A DNA stretch of 63,435 nucleotides, counting the filler, from Octopus bimaculoides (Eukaryota), in assembly GCF_001194135.2 (NCBI RefSeq). It is 4 parts of 4 records of this genome, joined end to end, with 100 filler letters (N's around TTAATTAATTAA, not from the genome) between each part and the next. Parts side by side here need not be neighbours in the genome. Positions count along the whole stretch, not along the records: positions 1 to 26,333 come from NC_068994.1; 3 more parts are not named here. One strand, 5' to 3'. A model generated the notes under the pieces. It saw only the letters and a list, made by a program, of their open reading frames with translations, ran no database searches and was not told the DNA's origin. Positions 11,820-24,793 of the stretch are shown one piece after another. The position numbers were made by a program, and so were the translations under genes. Position 1 is the first letter of the stretch, and every line of letters starts with the position of its first letter.

Positions 11820-12140
11820 TCTTCCTACCTACCTACCTACTTACCTATCTATTTATCTATCTACCTACCTATCTATTTATCTATCTACCTACCTACCTAT
11901 TTATCTATCTACCTACCTATTTATTTACCTACCTACCTACCTACCTACCTACCTATCTTCCTACCTACATACCTATTTGTCTACCTACCTACCTACCTAC
12001 CTATTTATCTATCTACCTACCTACCTATCTATTTAGCTATCTACCTACATACTTACCTATCTACCTACCAACCTACCATCTATTTCCTACCTACCTACCT
12101 ACCTACCTACATACATACATACCTATCTATCTATCTATCA
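11820..12140. repeat. Compound (CCTA)n/(CTAT)n tetranucleotide satellite
   Basis: Direct reading; explains the PTYL-rich ORF 11648-12412. Confidence 0.95.
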
Positions 12141-13002
12141 ACACGCCCTCACATACGCCTTTCTTTTCTAATTCCTCTTCTATCCTTCCTTTTTCTCCAA
12201 AACCCCTCGTTATTCACAAAGAAAACCCCAACAGGTTTATGGGACACAGCCATCCATATTTACAATGGAGGGAGGGAAGGAATGGAAGGCGTGCCAAGAT
12301 CAAAGCTGCCGTATGTTTCCTGTCAGGTGTAATAATTCAAACACACGTACACATGCACACATTATACGCAGCACTCGCACACGCACGCGCGATATTCGTA
12401 ACATGTCACTAACAAGATTAGTCTACATTACTTGGGTTTAATGTTTACCTTTCTTCACCATAACCTACACCACCAACTTTAACCAACATCAGCACCACCG
12501 CCAGTCATAACACTGCGATAACTACTACTAAAATCCCATTACATCCAATGTGGGTGAATCTATGTGGTCGCTTGATCTGCTAAAAACAGCAGTCAAATTT
12601 CCATTAAATCATAACTCTACCGTAACAGTTCCCCGCCAAGAATTTTTTTTAAATAATTGCTCTTTTAAATTTTATTTTAGAAATCCACGTGAGTGGGTTC
12701 GATAAGTTATCGATGATTCCATGAAGGGGTGAGAGATATAAAAAGTTTGCCATCACCTGATCCAGATTACTATAATTATCGTTGTCGCCAGACTTTTGGG
12801 CCTGGGGTTACTTCAGAATATTCAGGGTGGGCACTAATTTGTATTGCAGCAAGATTTTTGTAAACTGTGTTTTCCATATCTGAAGGTGCATCATTGAATA
12901 TTGAGTGGGGCAGTGCCATCCAGTGCACCTCCTTAGCGATGGGCAGTATTTTCTAAATCTGAGGGTGCACCATTGAATAGTGAGAGGGTAGTGCCGTCCA
13001 GA

Positions 13003-13363
13003 GTGGAGGCGCAATGGCCCAGTGGTTAGGGCAGCGGACTCGCGGTCGTAGGATCGCGGTTTCGATTCCCAGACCGGGCGTTGTGAGTGTTTATTGAGCG
13101 AAAACACCTAAAAGCTCCACGAGGTTCCGGCAGGGGATGGTGGCGAACCCTGCTGTACTCTTCCACCACAACTTTCTCTCACTCTTACTTCCTCTTTCTG
13201 TTGTTGTGCCTGTAATTCAAAGGGCCAGCCTTGTCACACTGTGTCACGCTGAATATCCCCGAGAACTACGTTAAGGGTACACGTGTCTGTGGAGTACTCA
13301 GCCACTTGCACGTTAATTTCACGAGCAGGCTGTTCCGTTGATCGGATCAACGGAACCCTCGAC
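13003..13363 (+). mobile_element. tRNA-derived SINE, family C
   Basis: A box tggcccagtggttagg, B box ggtttcgattcc; near-identical reversed copy at 17683-18070. Confidence 0.85.
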
Positions 13364-13479
13364 TTAGATAATATTAATAATAATAATAATAAATAGAAAA
13401 TATCAAAAATGTCCCTGGTAGTGAAAAGGTAGGTGGTTTCTTCTCTGCTGGCTGGGAAAGACAAAGATATTGGATAAGA

Positions 13480-13665
13480 TAGTCTTACATACCCCTAAAA
13501 TGAGAGGACGGTGCTTATGTACCATCGCCTCAATACACAGTACGTCGACTTCTCTTAAGACCTGTGTGTTTGGAGTCCACAGGAACCAGCCAACCTTCAG
13601 AATGTGTCTCACATATCTCTGGTGGAGGCGTTCAAGGACCCTTACATAATGCCTGAAAAGGGTTC
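13480..13665 (-). mobile_element. RTE (BovB-like) LINE fragment, RT C-terminal region
   Basis: RHYVRVLERLHQRYVRHILKVGW...TPNTQVLREVDVLCIEAMV resembles the LERFHQRCLR.IL.I.W...TN.EVL...SIEAM segment of RTE elements. Confidence 0.6.
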
Positions 13666-14032
13666 ATGTCTCACATGAATAAAGGAGCGACGTCAGAACA
13701 CACGCACGGTACAAGGCAACTTTTATGGTGCGGAACAACCAGAAAAGCGCGCGCGCACAACCAGCGGCTTTACTTTCACTTTCTGTTTAGTCCGGGGTTA
13801 TTGTAAACAACACTTGCCCAGTGTGCCATACAGTATGACTGTACCCATGATCGTATGGTTGGGAAGCAAATTTCTTAACCACACAACCACACCTACGTCT
13901 GAAATAAATAAATAAATAAGCTGGGATAGCCATGGCTCAGTCAGGGTTCACAAAGACGGAGGTAAACTACAGCAACAACTAATGCATCACATCACCACTA
14001 ACGCTACATACCTCCACCACAAGGGCTGGCTC

Positions 14033-14188
14033 AAAGTACCGGCAACTCGGGCAGTCGCCCGGGGCGCCATACGCTAGGGGACGCCAAGGAGGGCGTGACA
14101 AAGACAAGGAAATTTCCACGACCGTCAGCTTCTACACACCGAACTTTAGCTTGCCCGAGGCACCAGCAACCCTAGGGCCGGCCCTGAC
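14033..14188. mobile_element. GC-rich hAT-like MITE
   Basis: Termini aagggctggc / gccggccctg with ggggcgcc subterminal motifs; TSD not clean. Confidence 0.5.
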
Positions 14189-14791
14189 CAGCATTATCAC
14201 CACTAATCATTAAATGTACNNNNNNNNNNNNNNNNNNNNNNNNNNNNNNNNNNNNNNNNNNNNNNNNNNNNNNNNNNNNNNNNNNNNNNNNNNNNNNNNN
14301 NNNNNNNNNNNNNNNNNNNNNNNNNNNNNNNNNNNNNNNNNNNNNNNNNNNNNNNNNNNNNNNNNNNNNNNNNNNNNNNNNNNNNNNNNNNNNNNNNNNN
14401 NNNNNNNNNNNNNNNNNNNNNNNNNNNNNNNNNNNNNNNNNNNNNNNNNNNNNNNNNNNNNNNNNNNNNNNNNNNNNNNNNNNNNNNNNNNNNNNNNNNN
14501 NNNNNNNNNNNNNNNNNNNNNNNNNNNNNNNNNNNNNNNNNNNNNNNNNNNNNNNNNNNNNNNNNNNNNNNNNNNNNNNNNNNNNNNNNNNNNNNNNNNN
14601 NNNNNNNNNNNNNNNNNNNNNNNNNNNNNNNNNNNNNNNNNNNNNNNNNNNNNNNNNNNNNNNNNNNNNNNNNNNNNNNNNNNNNNNNNNNNNNNNNNNN
14701 NNNNNNNNNNNNNNNNNNNNNNNNNNNNNNNNNNNAGTTGTAGTTGAGAAAAAACAAGCTGATATGGCGAAGAGGAAGCCATCTAAATATT

Positions 14792-15047
14792 TATTTATTT
14801 ATTACCCACAGGGGGGGGGGCTAAACAGAGAGGGGGGCTAAACAGAGAGGGGACAAACAAGGACAGACAAAGGGATTAAGTCGATTACATTGACTCCAGT
14901 GCGTAACTGGTACTTATTTAATCGACCTCGAAAGGATGAAAGGCTAAGTCGACCTCGGCGGAATCTGAACTCAGAACGTAGCGGCAGACGAAATACCGCT
15001 AAGCATTTCGCCCGGCATGCTAACGTTTCTGCCAGCTCGCCGCCTTA
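14792..15047 (-). mobile_element. Young SINE family B insertion with 17-bp TSD
   Basis: GAAGCCATCTAAATATT at 14775-14791 and 15048-15064. Confidence 0.88.
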
Positions 15048-15084
15048 GAAGCCATCTAAATATTAGAAAAGTATTGCTCTCCCT

Positions 15085-15690
15085 GTATCACGATTCGGGC
15101 TGGGTATCAAAATGCCGAAATGATAACTGCTGTTCTATGCTCTGCGAACATTGTAAAGGCTGCTAAACGTGACATGGACAGCTGCAACGGAGACAACGAA
15201 GCCATGGCCAGCATGAAGGGACACAGTAAGCGTTGTGACTGCGTCTGCACACCAGAATTCATTCCCTCTTTGAACAGGGTCTTAGGCTCAATTCAAACGG
15301 CTGTGCGAAGCTGTTGGAGAGTGTGATCAGTCTCTGGCAGAAAAGGGTTGCTGCTGGGAGACCATATGTGTGGTAGCAGGATTCGGTTCCATGCCTTACC
15401 GTTAGAAATAGTGAGAAGTGGTTGTCGGATAATTCCTACGACTTCACCAGCCCCACTTTCTGGCTTCCTAATTCCCTATATCGTAATCCTATAGATTACT
15501 GTGTGTGTAGGGTGTGTGTGAGAAAGACACCAAATGCTCTGCCTACAACACCAAGGCCGAGCTGCTGATGGTCAAGATCAAGGAGGTGTTCGAAGATCTT
15601 CCCAGGGACACAATGAGGAACACATGCGCCAGGTTCCAGAGCCGTTTTGAGGCCGTGGTGGAAGCAGAGGGCAGATACTTTGAGTAAACT
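15085..15690 (+). mobile_element. Decayed, internally deleted maT/DD37D (Tc1/mariner) transposase
   Basis: ITIRAGYQNAE... N-terminus; QGLRLNS...GRPYVW*QDSVPC; KWLSDNSYDFTSPTFWLPNS...NPIDY; YNTKAEL...RFEAVVEAEGRYFE*. Confidence 0.8.
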
Positions 15691-16189
15691 CTTATCTGCC
15701 AGCCATAATCTAGTTGATATGGGATGGGATATTGTATTTTCCTTTTGTGCAATGGTAATGGTAGTGGTGGTGGNNNNNNNNNNNNNNNNNNNNNNNNNNN
15801 NNNNNNNNNNNNNNNNNNNNNNNNNNNNNNNNNNCGTCGTCGTAATTGTGATCGTGCTTGTGGAGGCAATGAGATGGCAGTGGAAGGTATTGCAAGGGAA
15901 TGTGGTGGTGGTGGTGGTGGTGGTGGTGAAGGAGTGAGGTGTGGGGAATGGAAGAATTTGGTGGGATATGACAAGACTGGGAAGGAGATGGTTGTTGATG
16001 AGATTGTGGCTGTAATGGAGATGGTGGAGGAGGTGAGATAATGGAGCCGGAGGAATTTGGATATGGCAATAACAGCGGTGGTAGGGTGAATGTTAATAAG
16101 GAAGTTACTGGATGTCGTAATGGAATTTGGGACAATGTTAATGAAAGTTTTAAAGAGAATATAATTATTATCGGGTGATTTTAAGACGG

Positions 16190-16400
16190 CAAGTTGGCAG
16201 AACCGTTAAGCACACCAAGCAAAATGCTTAGCGGCATTTCATTCATCTTTACATTCTGATTTCAAATCCACCAAGGTTGACTTTGCGTTTCATCCTTTTG
16301 GAATTAATAAATTAACCACCAGTGAGACACTGGGCTCAATTTAATCGACTTACACCTCCCCCTAATATTGCTGGCCTTGTGCCAAAATGTGAAACCAATA
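16190..16400 (+). mobile_element. SINE family B
   Basis: Same head and core as other family B copies. Confidence 0.75.
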
Positions 16401-17169
16401 TATTTACATAACATGAAAACGATCATAGAAAGTAAACATAGCTTTTTCACAGTCAATTTTTACTACCAAATATACTTATACCGATATTATCTTAATAAAG
16501 CACCATTCGTTCCGTATTGTCACCTGGGGATATTCTTGGGGGAATATCCACCGTTCTTCGATAGTTTGTGAATGGAATGCGCTCATCGTTGGATCAACGC
16601 AATTTAAAGAATGATTGACGACTTCATAACTACATATGTGGCTTAGAGTAACATAGGAAGCTCAACCATCGGATATCAATCTGGTCCCTTGTTATATCCA
16701 GTGTGTTATAATGGGTCAAAGTGTTTCGCACATATGATCTGGGGGGGGGGGTCTTGATCAGGCAGCATTTTCCTGTGTTCTTTGTTACTACACAAAACAC
16801 TAAATACCCCTTTCTGTCACTTCTCTCTGGAGATATTTTCAATGCAAGAAAGGCAAAATTAACCTCGGCGGGGTTTAAACACAGAAAGCCGAAAGCCAGA
16901 ACTAATACTGTGGGGGCATTCTATCCGACGCTCTTATAATTTTGCTATTTCGCTGTTTAAGTTAAAATGAGAGAAAGAAGGATAGTCGGTCCGAGGTTAT
17001 GATTGAAGGCACCTGCATAAGGCTAAGAAGACGTGCCGTGCAGTTGAATTGAACCCCTTTAAATTATAAGAGGTTCGTTAGTTTGAAATACTAAGGTCCA
17101 CTTGATCCCAATGCAAAGCTTGTAGAGGGATGAATTCTGTCCGTCTGATTTACCCAAGGTATATGAAGA

Positions 17170-17335
17170 CGGTGAAGGCATGTGGCCTAGTGGTTAGGAT
17201 GTTGCACTCACAATCGTAAGATCTTGGTTTTGATTCCTGGATTGGGCGGTGCGATGTGTTTCTGAGTAAAACACTTCATTTCACGTTGAACCAGTTCACT
17301 CAGCTGTAAATGAGTATCTTCTCACAGATTCAAAC
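17170..17335 (+). mobile_element. tRNA-derived SINE fragment (fourth family)
   Basis: gtggcctagtggttaggatgttgcactcac head; aaaacacttcatttcacg...cactcagctgtaaatgagta core. Confidence 0.55.
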
Positions 17336-17682
17336 AACCAACCACATATTAATTAATAATTTATTCAGTACGAATTCATGACAAATAACTAATGACAATG
17401 CAACTACTTGGTACTCGATTTCTAATTAATTCTTACGTGATAGTCCAGGCACTTACAGTACTGCCCTTCCGAGTAAAAGCAGGTCCTATATAGAAAGAAG
17501 TACCGTATTCGCCGACTTATGACACATTTCTTGCATAAGACGCAATCCTATATTACAAGTATATTTTGTGAAAAATACCAAATTTAGTATGTTTCTTCGT
17601 ACACTTCTTGAAAGATATTTGAAAGTGGTTTTGTAAGTAAAGATATACGATTCTGTGGAAGTAAATACAATGTTGTGACAGT

Positions 17683-18070
17683 TGTTGTTGTTGGCACTCC
17701 GTCGCTTACGACGTCGAGGGTTCCAGTTGATCCGATCAACGGAACAGCCTGCTCGTGAAATTAACGTGCAAGTGGCTGAGCACTCCACAAACACGTGTAC
17801 CCTTAACGTAGTTCTCGGGGATATTCAGCGTGACACAGTGTGACAAGGCTGACCCTTTGAATTACAGGCACAACAGAAACAGGAAGTAAGAGTGAGAGAA
17901 AGTTGTGGTGGAAGAGTACAGCAAGGTTTGCCACCATCCCCTGCCGGAGCCTCGTGGAGCTTTAGGTGTTTTCGCTCAATAAACACTCACAATGCCCGGT
18001 CTGGGAATCGAAACCGCGATCCTATGACCGCGAGTCCGCTGCCCTAACCACTGTGCCATTGCGCCTCCAC
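17683..18070 (-). mobile_element. SINE family C, full length with (CAA)n tail
   Basis: 11-bp TSD GTTGTGACAGT at 17672-17682 and 18071-18081. Confidence 0.88.
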
Positions 18071-18809
18071 GTTGTGACAGTATACAAGAGCAAAGTATGA
18101 AGCCATAAATTTATCATAAATAAACTACGTTATAGAAGTACTGTCTTTCAACTTTATCTTCTTTCAGATCAACTGTATAGTTGTTTACATTTTGGCCAAG
18201 AGAATAGATATACAAGATGTAAAACTGGTATTTCTGGCTATGGTGTTTTATATAACCGTGATCTGCCAACAAAATGGCACACAACGGCTATTAGCTATTT
18301 GCAACCACTCGTTGGAAATAGATGACAGGCGGATGAAAATTTAACATTTCTTTCATCTACCTAGGAGAATTTTTCATTTAGGTAATGAGAAAAAAAAAAC
18401 CAAGCAATTTTTTAAAGGTAACGGAGTCATTAAATAATGTAAGATACATATTAAGTTTGGTGATATACGCTGAGGAACGAGGTATAAGAATGATGTGGCC
18501 TCTTCACATAACTGCCGATGCACCTATAGGAAAGTGGTTATACACCATTAGGTGTACACCGCTTCCGTACATTAAATTCTGAAGAAACAACGGAACGCAG
18601 ATTCTGAACTATCAACACAACAATATTTATTTACAGAGGAAATAGGCAGCACTTCATCCTTTGGTTGCTGAGACGCCTTCTGAATGATTTCCGTGGTTAT
18701 TTGTGAAGCTCTGGTGCTGACATGTGAGAGAGCTCTGTTGGACGTCTTGGCTCATGGTCGGCCGGCCGAGAAAGAGGATGAAAAGAGCGGGAACGTTTTA
18801 GATGTTGAA

Positions 18810-18895
18810 CTCCACGCATGCGCATGAGACTCTTCCCGTGTTCCTTCCGGAACTAGTCCCCGCGCATGCGTGGATAAACTTACCGGAAAGGTCGT
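18810..18895. promoter_or_regulatory. Candidate housekeeping-type promoter or first-intron element
   Basis: Locally CpG-rich; NRF1-like CGCATGCGCA (18815-18824) and CGCGCATGCG (18861-18870); ETS-like CCGGAA (18844-18850 minus, 18883-18888); minus-strand donor CCG|GTAAGT at 18884. Confidence 0.45.
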
Positions 18896-18984
18896 CTGCT
18901 AGTAAGGCGTTACTACACACCTTAAGCAATGTTTTGTAAGTTTGTGTTAAGAGATCGTGATATTTTGGCAGAACTGTCAGCACG

Positions 18985-19340
18985 CAGGGCAAAATTCTTA
19001 GCGGCGTTTCGTCTGTTTGCGTTCCACCGAAGTCGACTTTGCCTTTCATTCTTTCGGGGTGAATGAGTACCAGTTGAGCACTGAGAGCCGATTTAATCGA
19101 TTTAGCCAGGTCCCCGAAATTTCTGGCCTTGTGTCAAAATTTAAAACAATTATCTTATCATTAGAAGGCGGTGAGGTGGCAGAATCGTTAGCACGCCGGG
19201 CAAAATATTTAGCGGTATTTCGTCCGTCTTTACGTTCTGAGTTCAAATTCCGCCGAGGTCGACTTTGTTTTTCATATTTTCGGGGTCAATAAAATAAGTA
19301 CCAGTTAAGCACTGGGATCGATCTAATTAGCCTATCCCTC
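18985..19340 (+). mobile_element. Two adjacent SINE family B copies
   Basis: Head/core repeated at ~18965-19150 and 19165-19340. Confidence 0.75.
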
Positions 19341-19481
19341 CAACGAAAAGTTGAAAGTAATATTTCATTATTAGAATTTTTGTACCTAGTGGACTTATGC
19401 TAGTCCGGCTTTCTAGCCCACAATACTGTTTCCCATCCTTTATACGGCCGCGTTACACGCAGGACAATTTTTTTGATACAT

Positions 19482-19512
<31 letters not shown>

Positions 19513-21544
19513 GAAAAATATTGCGTCTTATATACCGGAAAATACAATACTTGTTAGTTCGTTACTGCAGGCAGCAAACATATTGCAGTGAATGACAAAA
19601 TGAGAATTCTTTAATAGACAAAATTTATTCCAACAAAAGTGGGGTGGAATTTGTATGCGGACGAAATTACAACATAACATGCAAACAAAGAGTCACAGAT
19701 AAACAATCAATAGAAGAGCAGATTACCAACCGAAAATTCGATGGTCCCTATCCTAATACCAGTGTTGTATTGTGTTGTGTCCGTGGCGTTGTGGGTGCAG
19801 AGAGTACATCGTACTCAGACCCAGAATATTCTGGGATCTCAGGAAATATTTGTATATTTTAAAGACTAATATCCACAGAAAAAAATAGGAGGTCCCAGAA
19901 GAAACTTTGTACACTTTGAAAAATTCCTCTCAGAGTCCTGGGCTCTATCTGTGGCGGAGATACCTAGTTTTATATAGATTCCACAAATAGATACAGATGT
20001 AGGCAGCTGAAGCACTGTATAACTGATGTGTGTCTCATGTGCACACAGTACTGATTTCAAAATTATTCTATGGGTAAAATCTGCGAAAGAATGCTGCCCT
20101 ACCTGGGAGATATCTTTCAAATGTTTAACCCTTTGAAAACTGATATCAACTGCATGGAAATCTGATAACTAGGCTAGGAGTTCTATCTGTTTTACATCTC
20201 TTGAATTTGAAGCCTCTTGTCAGATTGTACCATCACAGAGTTCGCTAGCTGAGCTCTTTCTGTTCAACACTATCAACTTTTGTTCAGTTATTTCCCTATA
20301 ACAACTTGCTGTCATCGTCAGCAATGTTCACTCCCACGTAAATTATATCACTCTTAACCCCTTCTTTAGCACTACAAAGAAAATATCATTCACGTGCAAC
20401 TGAGACACCACATGTCATAACTACTCGAAAAAATTTTCCAACGTTGTCTTAACAGCACGAAGAATCAATTTGACGGAAATAACAAGATATTTCAACCTCT
20501 CTAAAATGAACAACACGTAATTATAATTTTCAAAATTACTACAAATTGTATGCATCACAGTTTTAGCCCATCTCTCCTCGGGCCCCACCCAGGCTTGCCG
20601 AACCTANNNNNNNNNNNNNNNNNNNNNNNNNNNNNNNNNNNNNNNNNNNNNNNNNNNNNNNNNNNNNNNNNNNNNNNNNNNNNNNNNNNNNNNNNNNNNN
20701 NNNNNNNNNNNNNNNNNNNNNNNNNNNNNNNNNNNNNNNNNNNNNNNNNNNNNNNNNNNNNNNNNNNNNNNNNNNNNNNNNNNNNNNNNNNNNNNNNNNN
20801 NNNNNNNNNNNNNNNNNNNNNNNNNNNNNNNNNNNNNNNNNNNNNNNNNNNNNNNNNNNNNNNNNNNNNNNNNNNNNNNNNNNNNNNNNNNNNNNNNNNN
20901 NNNNNNNNNNNNNNNNNNNNNNNNNNNNNNNNNNNNNNNNNNNNNNNNNNNNNNNNNNNNNNNNNNNNNNNNNNNNNNNNNNNNNNNNNNNNNNNNNNNN
21001 NNNNNNNNNNNNNNNNNNNNNNNNNNNNNNNNNNNNNNNNNNNNNNNNNNNNNNNNNNNNNNNNNNNNNNNNNNNNNNNNNNNNNNNNNNNNNNNNNNNN
21101 NNNNNNNNNNNNNNNNNNNNNNNNNNNNNNNNNNNNNNNNNNNNNNNNNNNNNNNNNNNNNNNNNNNNNNNNNNNNNNNNNNNNNNNNNNNNNNNNNNNN
21201 NNNNNNNNNNNNNNNNNNNNNNNNNNNNNNNNNNNNNNNNNNNNNNNNNNNNNNNNNNNNNNNNNNNNNNNNNNNNNNNNNNNNNNNNNNNNNNNNNNNN
21301 NNNNNNNNNNNNNNNNNNNNNNNNNNNNNNNNNNNNNNNNNNNNNNNNNNNNNNNNNNNNNNNNNNNNNNNNNNNNNNNNNNNNNNNNNNNNNNNNNNNN
21401 NNNNNNNNNNNNNNNNNNNNNNNNNNNNNNNNNNNNNNNNNNNNNNNNNNNNNNNNNNNNNNNNNNNNNNNNNNNNNNNNNNNNNNNNNNNNNNNNNNNN
21501 NNNNGTAAAAATTATTAATTGTTAATTTATTAATAAATTATACT

Positions 21545-23100
21545 TTGAAAACCTCATTAAGCAGTTCTGAGTGCAAGTTTTCATTAACCGTTGATGAAAC
21601 TACTGATGTAAGTACAAAAAAAAAAAAAGGAACACAGCTTGTTCTGTTAACTAGATTTTATGATTGTAGCACTCAAAAAATTATTGATAGTTATTTAATT
21701 CTTTTGGAAGCCAAGGGTTGCTCTGCTAATGGAATTTTTTCCTCTGTTGAAAGATTTTTCACCTTACATGATATTCCTTTTGAAAATTTGATAGGGTTTG
21801 CCAGTGACAATGCTAGTGTAATTATGGGACAGAAGGGATGTGTGCAGACATTACTGAAGATCAAAGTTTCCTCTCTCTTTATTCAGTGTTGTGTCTGTCG
21901 CTCTTTGCATATCTGTGCATCAAAGGCATGTTCAGAATTAACTTCATATTTAGAAGAACACGCTAGAAGTATATATTCATTCCCCTCAAATAGCCCAAAG
22001 AGACTGCAAGAATATGAAGAATTTCAGGCATTCATTCAAACAAATCCTCATAAATTATTACATGTAAGTTGTACAAGGTGGCTATCTTTAGAACAAGTTG
22101 TCAAAAGAATACTAGAACGGTGGCCTGCGCTAGTGTTAGTCTTTACGACTGCTGCTATTGAAAATAACAACAATCCAGCTTCAAATGTGCTGAATTCATT
22201 AACAAATCCAATCACAGAGATGTTTTCTGCATTTTTAGCATATATTTTGCCAGATATTATTAAGTTGAACTTAGAGATTTCCAATCAGAAAGCACAAATC
22301 TATTGCATGTACTGTTAAGAGAATACTTGGCAATTTTGTTAAAAAAGAAATTGTGAAAAATAAAGAGCTACATGAAATTAATATCAATGATCCATCAGTG
22401 TATCTTCCCATAACTGAAATTGATAGAGGCGCAAAAGTTGAAAGCATCTACAAAAAGAAAGTTTCATCTATTAGTACAACTGAATTGAAACAATTTCATG
22501 TGAAAACATTAAATTTTTAAGTGCACTTTGGGAAGGAATTTTTTCAGCGCTTCTTTGCACATGATTTCTTCCGTAATCTGAAGTTTCTAGAGGCACTAGA
22601 CCCAGCTAGTATTCGTGATTGCAATGGTCCAAGTTCAATTGTTCCTCTGGCATGCAAAATTTCCAAATATTGTTCAGGAGAATCAAATTAAACTTCAAGA
22701 TAACAATGACATAACTGAAGCCACCAAACCAAAAGATTATTGGTATAAAATTTCTAAGGAAAAATGTGGAGATGTAGCTCGTTATCTGGTCCTATCATGC
22801 TTTATGTTTCAGCTCCTATCATTGCCACATTCTTCAGCTGCAGCCGAGAGAATATTTTCAGTCCTAAATAACATTAAAGTCAAGTATAGGCCTAAACTGC
22901 ATGCCCAAGCAATCAATGCTCTGCGGCATTCAAAACGTCTTATTCGTGATGTAAACTGCGCAACTTATACACCCAATGCAGAGCTTTGTGTTAAATTAAA
23001 AGAAGGTCAAGGACAGTGGTACAAAGAGGAATCTCACCCTATTGACGATGCAACCTATAATTATAAAGTAAGTACATTAAATATGTGTAGGTCACTTTAA
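21545..23100 (+). pseudogene. Decayed hAT transposase
   Basis: LTVDETTD, GFASDNASVIMG, C.CRSLH.CA (CxCH site mutated), TRWLS, LSLPHSSAAAERIFS dimerisation motif; frameshift and stops at ~22290-22620. Confidence 0.9.
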
Positions 23101-23229
23101 AATAAAGCCCTGTATATTATAAATAATAATACGTTTGGCAATACTTAACATACCTAAAACTATATCTATGTCCCAAAGACTAATTTTCTTCATAGATTGA
23201 ATATACTTGTAAACTGATCAATTGATGAT

Positions 23230-23700
23230 TCTCAATAAAGCTCAGTGAGACCCACAATAGAGCACAGCTCTCACAACTGGTATACATACACAAACATCCT
23301 AGCCCGCATACAAAAGGTGATCCGACTAACTAGCAAAGATTTACTCATCAACTCACTGTAATCTCTGAACCATAGATACATTGCATTTTCTTCCCCATAT
23401 ACACGCAAACATACTCTTCCTATTTTACTGCTACTACAACAGCCTCTACCACTCTAGATATTTGCAAACAACATTCATCCAAACCCATCCGAAATACATT
23501 CGTTTTGCACCCTCCCATCATTTCCTATTGTGTCTCACCAACTAGGTCCCTGATTAATCACTGTTCGTAATCACTTCACTCCGTAATGTAAACCTGCTAG
23601 AATTCCCTTCCCATCAAAGACATCTACTAACGAACGTGGAATCTGAATATAAACCTCACAGACTTCACTAGCCTCTTGAAGCGTTTAAATGTCACAGACG
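23230..23700 (+). mobile_element. Old CR1/L2/Jockey-group LINE 3' fragment
   Basis: Degenerate KAQVRPT.E...HTNIL.RIQK.IRL and downstream YYN-containing segment. Confidence 0.45.
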
Positions 23701-23734
23701 CCATTTCTCCTAATAAACCATACGAAGTGAATAT

Positions 23735-23925
23735 TGGTTTCAAATTTTGGCACAAAACCAGTAAGCTCGGGGACCCCAGTGCTCAGCTGGTGCTTATTTT
23801 AACGACTCCGAAAGGATGAAAGGTGAAGTCAATCTTGGCGGAATTTGAACTCAGAACGTAGAGACGGACGAAACGCCGATAAACATTTTGTCTCACGTGC
23901 TAACGATTCTGCTAGCTCGCTCGCT
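23735..23925 (-). mobile_element. SINE family B
   Basis: Reverse complement of the family B consensus. Confidence 0.75.
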
Positions 23926-24619
23926 GACTTCGGTATATAATTAATCAACCAGACAATAGGTTGGAAACTTCTGTCTTCAGGTTCAAGATAGTAACTACCT
24001 TAGTAACTTCCAAATATTTTCGGGGCACTAGTGTTCAGCTTTACTCTATAGGCATTAGCAAAAAGAGTAGGTCAAACAATAACTCTAGAATTGAATAGCA
24101 CAAGAACATCGATAGGAGTAACAATAAAGCTAACGCCTACACGCACCATAGGAATGTATTAATTTATTCATTCATATAAATAAATTATTACGTTTCTTTT
24201 AATATTCACACCATACCTCTTGGCATGATGGGTGCAGTAGAACCCATATTGGAATTCACAGCCTAAGCAAGAGATTTACATTTTTCCTTTCACGTACTCT
24301 TTTACTAGCTGAAAAGCACTTTTGTTTCATCACTTGTATGCTCCGTAGACATTTAAAACTATTTGTGCATTGTTCATCATAACATTGAATCGGTAAAGAG
24401 GGTGGTATGTCAGAATAAACATCTTATAAATATTTTACTTTCATTTCTCTGTATTCTGAAATCAAATCTCCATGGAGTTAAGCTTTGCTTTTGCTCGCTT
24501 CCATCGATTAATGCGGTTAGGAAGCTCACTTTATAACCACGTGGTTTCAGGTTCAGTCCCATTGCCCTATACCACGGGCAAGTATCTTCGACAATATCCC
24601 AGAACTGACTAGTGGAAGC

Positions 24620-24655
<36 letters not shown>

Positions 24656-24756
24656 TATACATATATATATATATACAGTTGGAATTTACAAAAGACGAAG
24701 ACAGGTGTGTAAACAACAAACAGGTGTATTATTTTAACGCTCGGAAAGTTGAGAAA

Positions 24757-24793
24757 GTCTTTTACGTTTCGAGCGTACGCTCTTCAACAGTAT
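24757..24793 (-). ncRNA. Variant hammerhead-like motif (CUGUUGA core)
   Basis: Minus strand: CTGTTGA-A-GAGC(GTAC)GCTC-GAAA-CG-TA-AAAG; sister copy at 45701-45737. Confidence 0.4.

Noticed and set aside
11648-12412. 254-aa PTYL-repeat ORF
   Set aside because: Translation of a (CCTA)n/(CTAT)n satellite
13003-13080. tRNA gene-like sequence (also 17170, 17995-18070 and 61179)
   Set aside because: SINE heads that continue into repeat bodies; no complete cloverleaf with acceptor stem and terminator seen
16400-16830. Exon-like segment on the minus strand
   Set aside because: Stops in all frames over the full stretch; no consistent splice pair established
19640-20120. Moderately GC-rich unique-looking sequence
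   Set aside because: No recognisable protein or consistent splice sites
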